A DNA stretch of 64,000 nucleotides. It comes from Craspedostauros australis (taxonomy: Eukaryota). Positions 60,016-64,000 of the stretch are shown one piece after another (position 1 is the first letter of the stretch; each line of letters opens with the position of its first letter). The notes beneath the pieces were generated by a model, which was given only the letters and a program-made list of their open reading frames with translations, was not told where the DNA came from and did no database searches. The DNA lies in assembly GCA_030167865.1 (NCBI GenBank), contig JALAGF010003586.1, positions 1 to 64,000 of the forward strand, written 5' to 3'. A program made the translations under genes and the position numbers.

Positions 60016-62323
60016 TTACGACAGAAGGGAGTCGAGGTTGTCGGAGACATCGGCGAGTGGGTCGGCGACATCGGACTTGGCATCACCAGACTTCTCCTTG
60101 GAATCCTCATCCAATGGATCACCGAGTCCCATGATCATATCGCGGGTCTTGTTTTCTGAGGCCTTACGCTGCTCTTCCATTTTTCGGTGGTAGACGACAG
60201 CGGTTTCCTCGGCGCGCTCGAATACCTGCTGTGGGTCCTTGATCATGGCACCTGGCTCGTACTCCAGGCTCTTTGTGCTGAGGGCGATTCTGCCGTTCAC
60301 CTTGTCGTGGTCGATGATCATGCACTTGATCTTCATGCCTGGCTGCAGGACGGCCTCGAGGTCGTTGATTCTGTCGAGGGAGATCTGGGAGATGTGCAGA
60401 AGTCCGGACATACCTCCGACCTCGACGAAGGCACCGTACGGCTTGAGGGCCTTGACGAGACCGTCGACGAGGTCTCCGCGGCTGAGCTCGGCCATCTGCT
60501 GCTCGACGACGGCGCGGCGGTTGGAGACGACGAGCTTGTTCTTCTCCTTGTCGACCTCGAGGAACTTGAGTGGGAGTGTCTGGCCGATGATGTCCTCGGT
60601 TGGGAGCTGGCCGGTGAGATGGGAGCCTGGGAGGAAGGCACGGAGTCCCTCCACGAGGCAGATGGCTCCACCGCGGTTGACCGCGATGACCTCAGCCTCG
60701 ATGACATCATCTTCGGTTTCGAGGGCGACGACCTTGTCCCAGGCGGCGCGGTACTGGATTCTGCGCACACTGACGAGGAGCTGACCGTTCTCGTCTTCAT
60801 CAGAGATGATCTCGAATTCCATCTCCTGGTTGAGCGGAACCCAATCCTCGACGGTGGTTCCCTCTGGCTGGACGAGAGCGGTCTCGGACTGTGGGAGGAA
60901 GGCGGTGGCCTTGGCGCCGATGTCGACAATGGCTCCGTTGTTGTCGTACTCGACGCAGGTTCCCTTGACGATGGAGTAACGCTCGAAGCTGTAGGAAGTC
61001 TCTGCGACGGCCTTGGCGAAGTCGGCGTAGGAGAAGATCAGGTCCTCATCGGAGGCGGTGGACTTGATTCCCTTGTACAGCTTCTTCTTGCGGTCAAATC
61101 GGGTTGGTCCGCGCTGTGGGGCTGCCTCAGCTTCGGCTGGTGGTGCCTCGACTGCGGACATCTGAAGTGCCGAAGTCACGGCACTGCTTTGCGTCAAATG
61201 CAATGCAATTCAAACAGTTCAAAACACGGTGATGTATGTTGGTTGCGATACGCCACGCCACGCCATCCCAAGCCAAGGAGTCGTTGTGTGGATGACCACC
61301 AGCATGATCGACGCGAGCCAGGTTCCGAGATAACCGTTACGTGGTGCATATCCCATGTACGGGTGGTGCATTGAATTCATTGCGAGAATGGAGGCATGCA
61401 CAATAGTTGATGGGAAGTTGCCCGTACCGATGGTGGCGATGTCGACGATGCCGACGAGCGTGGGAGCATACATTTGGTGCCATGTTCGATGTTTGATGTG
61501 CAGTGAGGTTGAAGAAGAACAATTGTTCCCATCGTCGTTTGCAGTGGTAATTGATGTTGATGTTCGATAGAAGCCAAGCCAAGCCAAGCCATGGAAGTGT
61601 AATCGTGGATTTTCGTTGTCGTTGTCGTAGTAGTAGCAGTTCGTGGATTGATGTGTTGTGGTACGTCAGTTCGGTATTGTGTTTCCCACCCGAAGCATTT
61701 CCGCCGAGCGTAGACGCAGTGAATAAGTAAGGAGGTAACCGTTTGGTGGCGGTAAAACAGAAGCAGGCGAGGGGTGAGGTAAAGTATAAGATGGATGATG
61801 ATGTTCCTTTGGATGAATGTAATGTAATTGTGTGCATGTATGTATGCACTCATTCATGGAACTCCGCACACGAAAATGGAGGAAGCTTCCGATCCATCAC
61901 GATGTTGAAGTCTGCCAGAGCGTCTGATGTGTGTGGGTTCCGCAGTGACACGGGTTGATCCGGCAACACATCACCATCTCCTGACCACGCATACGGCCAT
62001 CGGCATCAGCGACATCAGGAGAAGAGTCTCAAGCCCAATGGCGATACTACTACTGGTGCTACTGCTGATGTTTGCGTGATGGCCGATGATCCAGTCAAAT
62101 CAAGTCCATGCTGATGTCCGTGTTGACGATGGGCAAGTTGCGTCTGACGCGCTAGTAGCCCCAACAGCTACTGCTTCTTCTTTGTCTGCGTGCGCGTTTG
62201 CCAAAGAGAGTTCGATGCAGGAGAGACAGCACCCTTGATGGCTTACCCTTGCGAGGACTGCACAGCGAAGGCATCGGCAGTGGCGAGGAAGGCAGCGAGG
62301 GCGGTTGCTGTGAGGAGCTTCAT
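60016..62323 (-). CDS. rps1: Nucleus-encoded plastid 30S ribosomal protein S1
   Basis: Three S1 domains (VDIGAKATAFLP; AVNRGGAICLVEGLRAFLPGSH; KPYGAFVEVGGMSGLLHISQIS..RIALSTKSLE). Predicted exon 1 62323-62247 MKLLTATALAAFLATADAFAVQSSQ, phase-2 intron 62246-61184, exon 2 61183-60016. Confidence 0.92.
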
Positions 62324-63383
62324 GGTGGACAGTTACGGATTGCTGATGTGATGGATTATTTGTATGGTGTTCGAGTATCGCTACGACCACGCACAGCAAG
62401 ACCGCGTGTTGCTGTTGTTGCGGCTACTGCTCTGTTGTTAGGGGTGAGCGAAGGTGACAGCGCAGTCCTCTTCTTGTTCTGTTGCGCTTCGTGACAAACG
62501 GCCGCTGTTGCGGCTATCGTGCTGTCGCCTCTCTCTGCTCGTGCTGTTTCTCACAGTGCTGCTACTACTGCCACTACCACTGTTGCTGCCATCGTCTGTC
62601 GGTCGGTTCCTCACAACCACAGAACAACCAACAGACCGAACGCAACAACGAGACGAAGCACGCAAACACGAGAACGACGATGGCCGCGTCGAGTCGCTCG
62701 ACATTCTCGACCTGGGTTGATGGCTCGTGACCAATCCGATTCACAACAAGACGCTTCGTGACCATGCAAACTCGTTGACATGCGTGGCCCACAGCGAGCG
62801 AAAGCGTTCTGTTCTGCTTGATGGGCAGCGAAGAAGACGGATGGTAGGACAGGCCGCTGACGTTGGTATCATGTTGTGCGTTTCCTACCAGCATCCACGT
62901 GGATTCTACGCAAAACTGATGGGTTGTGTATTCGAACGAATCGACTGGCGTGACTCACAATCCAAGACAGCATCACAAACCGCCAAATGGGACGGGCGAT
63001 TTGGATGGGACCAAAGGACGTTGTCGCCTGGATGAATGGCTGCACGCCCATCAAAGACGGTTCGGAAGAGATCAGGATCAACGCCAACATCGGGGACATC
63101 AGCCTTCTTGAACATCCGCAATCCAAGATCAACCCTCTCTCTCTCTCTGCCTCTTTCTCCTTGTGGGTGGACATCGTCAACAGCAACGACAACGACAGCA
63201 ACATCGCAGACATCAAACATAGGATCTGACAGCTGCATCCGCTGCGCACGACCAAATCTGCACTACCTATTCTGACATCACACATCAAGAGTACTTGCTC
63301 AGCAGAGAATAGGGCAGATACTTACGCGCGCACCTCAGTTCAACACATCAAATCACCTCGCAACAAAAGCAACAACGACAACA

Positions 63384-63692
63384 ATGAAGATCGTTCGCCT
63401 CGTCCAACTCTTCACGCTGCTCAGCGCAGTCCATGTGGCGGATGCATTCCAACCACAGCAATTCCAGAACCGGCTGACGCGTGCAGCAGCGCAGCGTCAG
63501 CCCACCGTGGCGCTCTTCATGTCATCCCAGTGGGATGATGAGGAGGACACGACCAAGGAGACAACCAAGGACGCACCCAAGGACGCAACCAAGGTCAAGC
63601 GTTCTTCCTTCGATGATGCCGGTCAGCAGATCCGCGACGAGGAGGATCAGGAATCTCTGGACAGCATGGGCGACTATGACAGGAATCCGTCC
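63384..63692 (+). CDS. First exon of a plastid-targeted protein of unknown function
   Basis: Signal peptide plus ADAFQP motif and transit-like segment ending ALFM; acidic mature region; GTACGT donor at 63693. The remainder lies beyond the window. Confidence 0.7.
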
Positions 63693-63934
63693 GTACGTTT
63701 ACTCCAGACTGTCAGCACTATGATCTGTGGAGCTTTTGCACTATGGTTTTGTGCTGCGCTGTTGTGTTTGTTATTCGTTGCCTCAATCGTTGTACATTCA
63801 TGCAAGCACGGCTCATCTCAATTCTCTCACTTTTGTTTCGTCGCTTCTTCACGCTGCCGATGGTGCACATCGTCAATCAACTTCACGACCAACCGAACCA
63901 ATGAACGAATGGGTGGATCAATCAATCGATCAAT

Positions 63935-63986
63935 TGAATGAATGAATGAACTGGATAAATGAACTGGATGGATGGATGGATGGATG
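63935..63986. repeat. (TGAA)n/(TGGA)n tetranucleotide simple repeats, probably intronic
   Basis: tgaatgaatgaatgaa...tggatggatggatggatggatga. Confidence 0.8.
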
Positions 63987-64000
63987 ACATGCAAATCTTG

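Overview
Eukaryotic nuclear DNA, most likely from a diatom. Evidence: GT-AG introns, bipartite plastid-targeting presequences (ASAFAP, ADAFA, ADAFQP) and a DUF6824-like domain. The window holds about 20 protein-coding loci and one tRNA-Phe(GAA). Recognisable genes are an ArfGAP, a plastid cytochrome-b5 front-end desaturase, ATG13, a Cys-less pentameric ligand-gated ion channel, a His-rich ZIP transporter, NCA2/DGS1-like and FYV7/TAP26-like proteins, a class-3 lipase-like protein and plastid ribosomal protein S1. Four loci stand out: (1) a spliced chromatin protein with a Tudor-like segment, three alternating CXXC + MBD-like units and a divergent SET domain; (2) a RelA/SpoT-type nucleotidyltransferase with no plastid presequence, fused to DUF6824-like and about 13 TPRs; (3) a Sec16 homologue with 22 WW domains and a recent 213-bp tandem expansion; (4) three secreted allene-oxide-cyclase/dirigent-like barrel paralogues sharing an intron position, one with silaffin-like Lys and Asp-Ser-Pro repeats. 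A dense TAGGC motif cluster lies upstream of the ZIP gene. All domain calls come from motif recognition by eye; no searches were run. Exon models were checked by hand for splice consensus and phase only.
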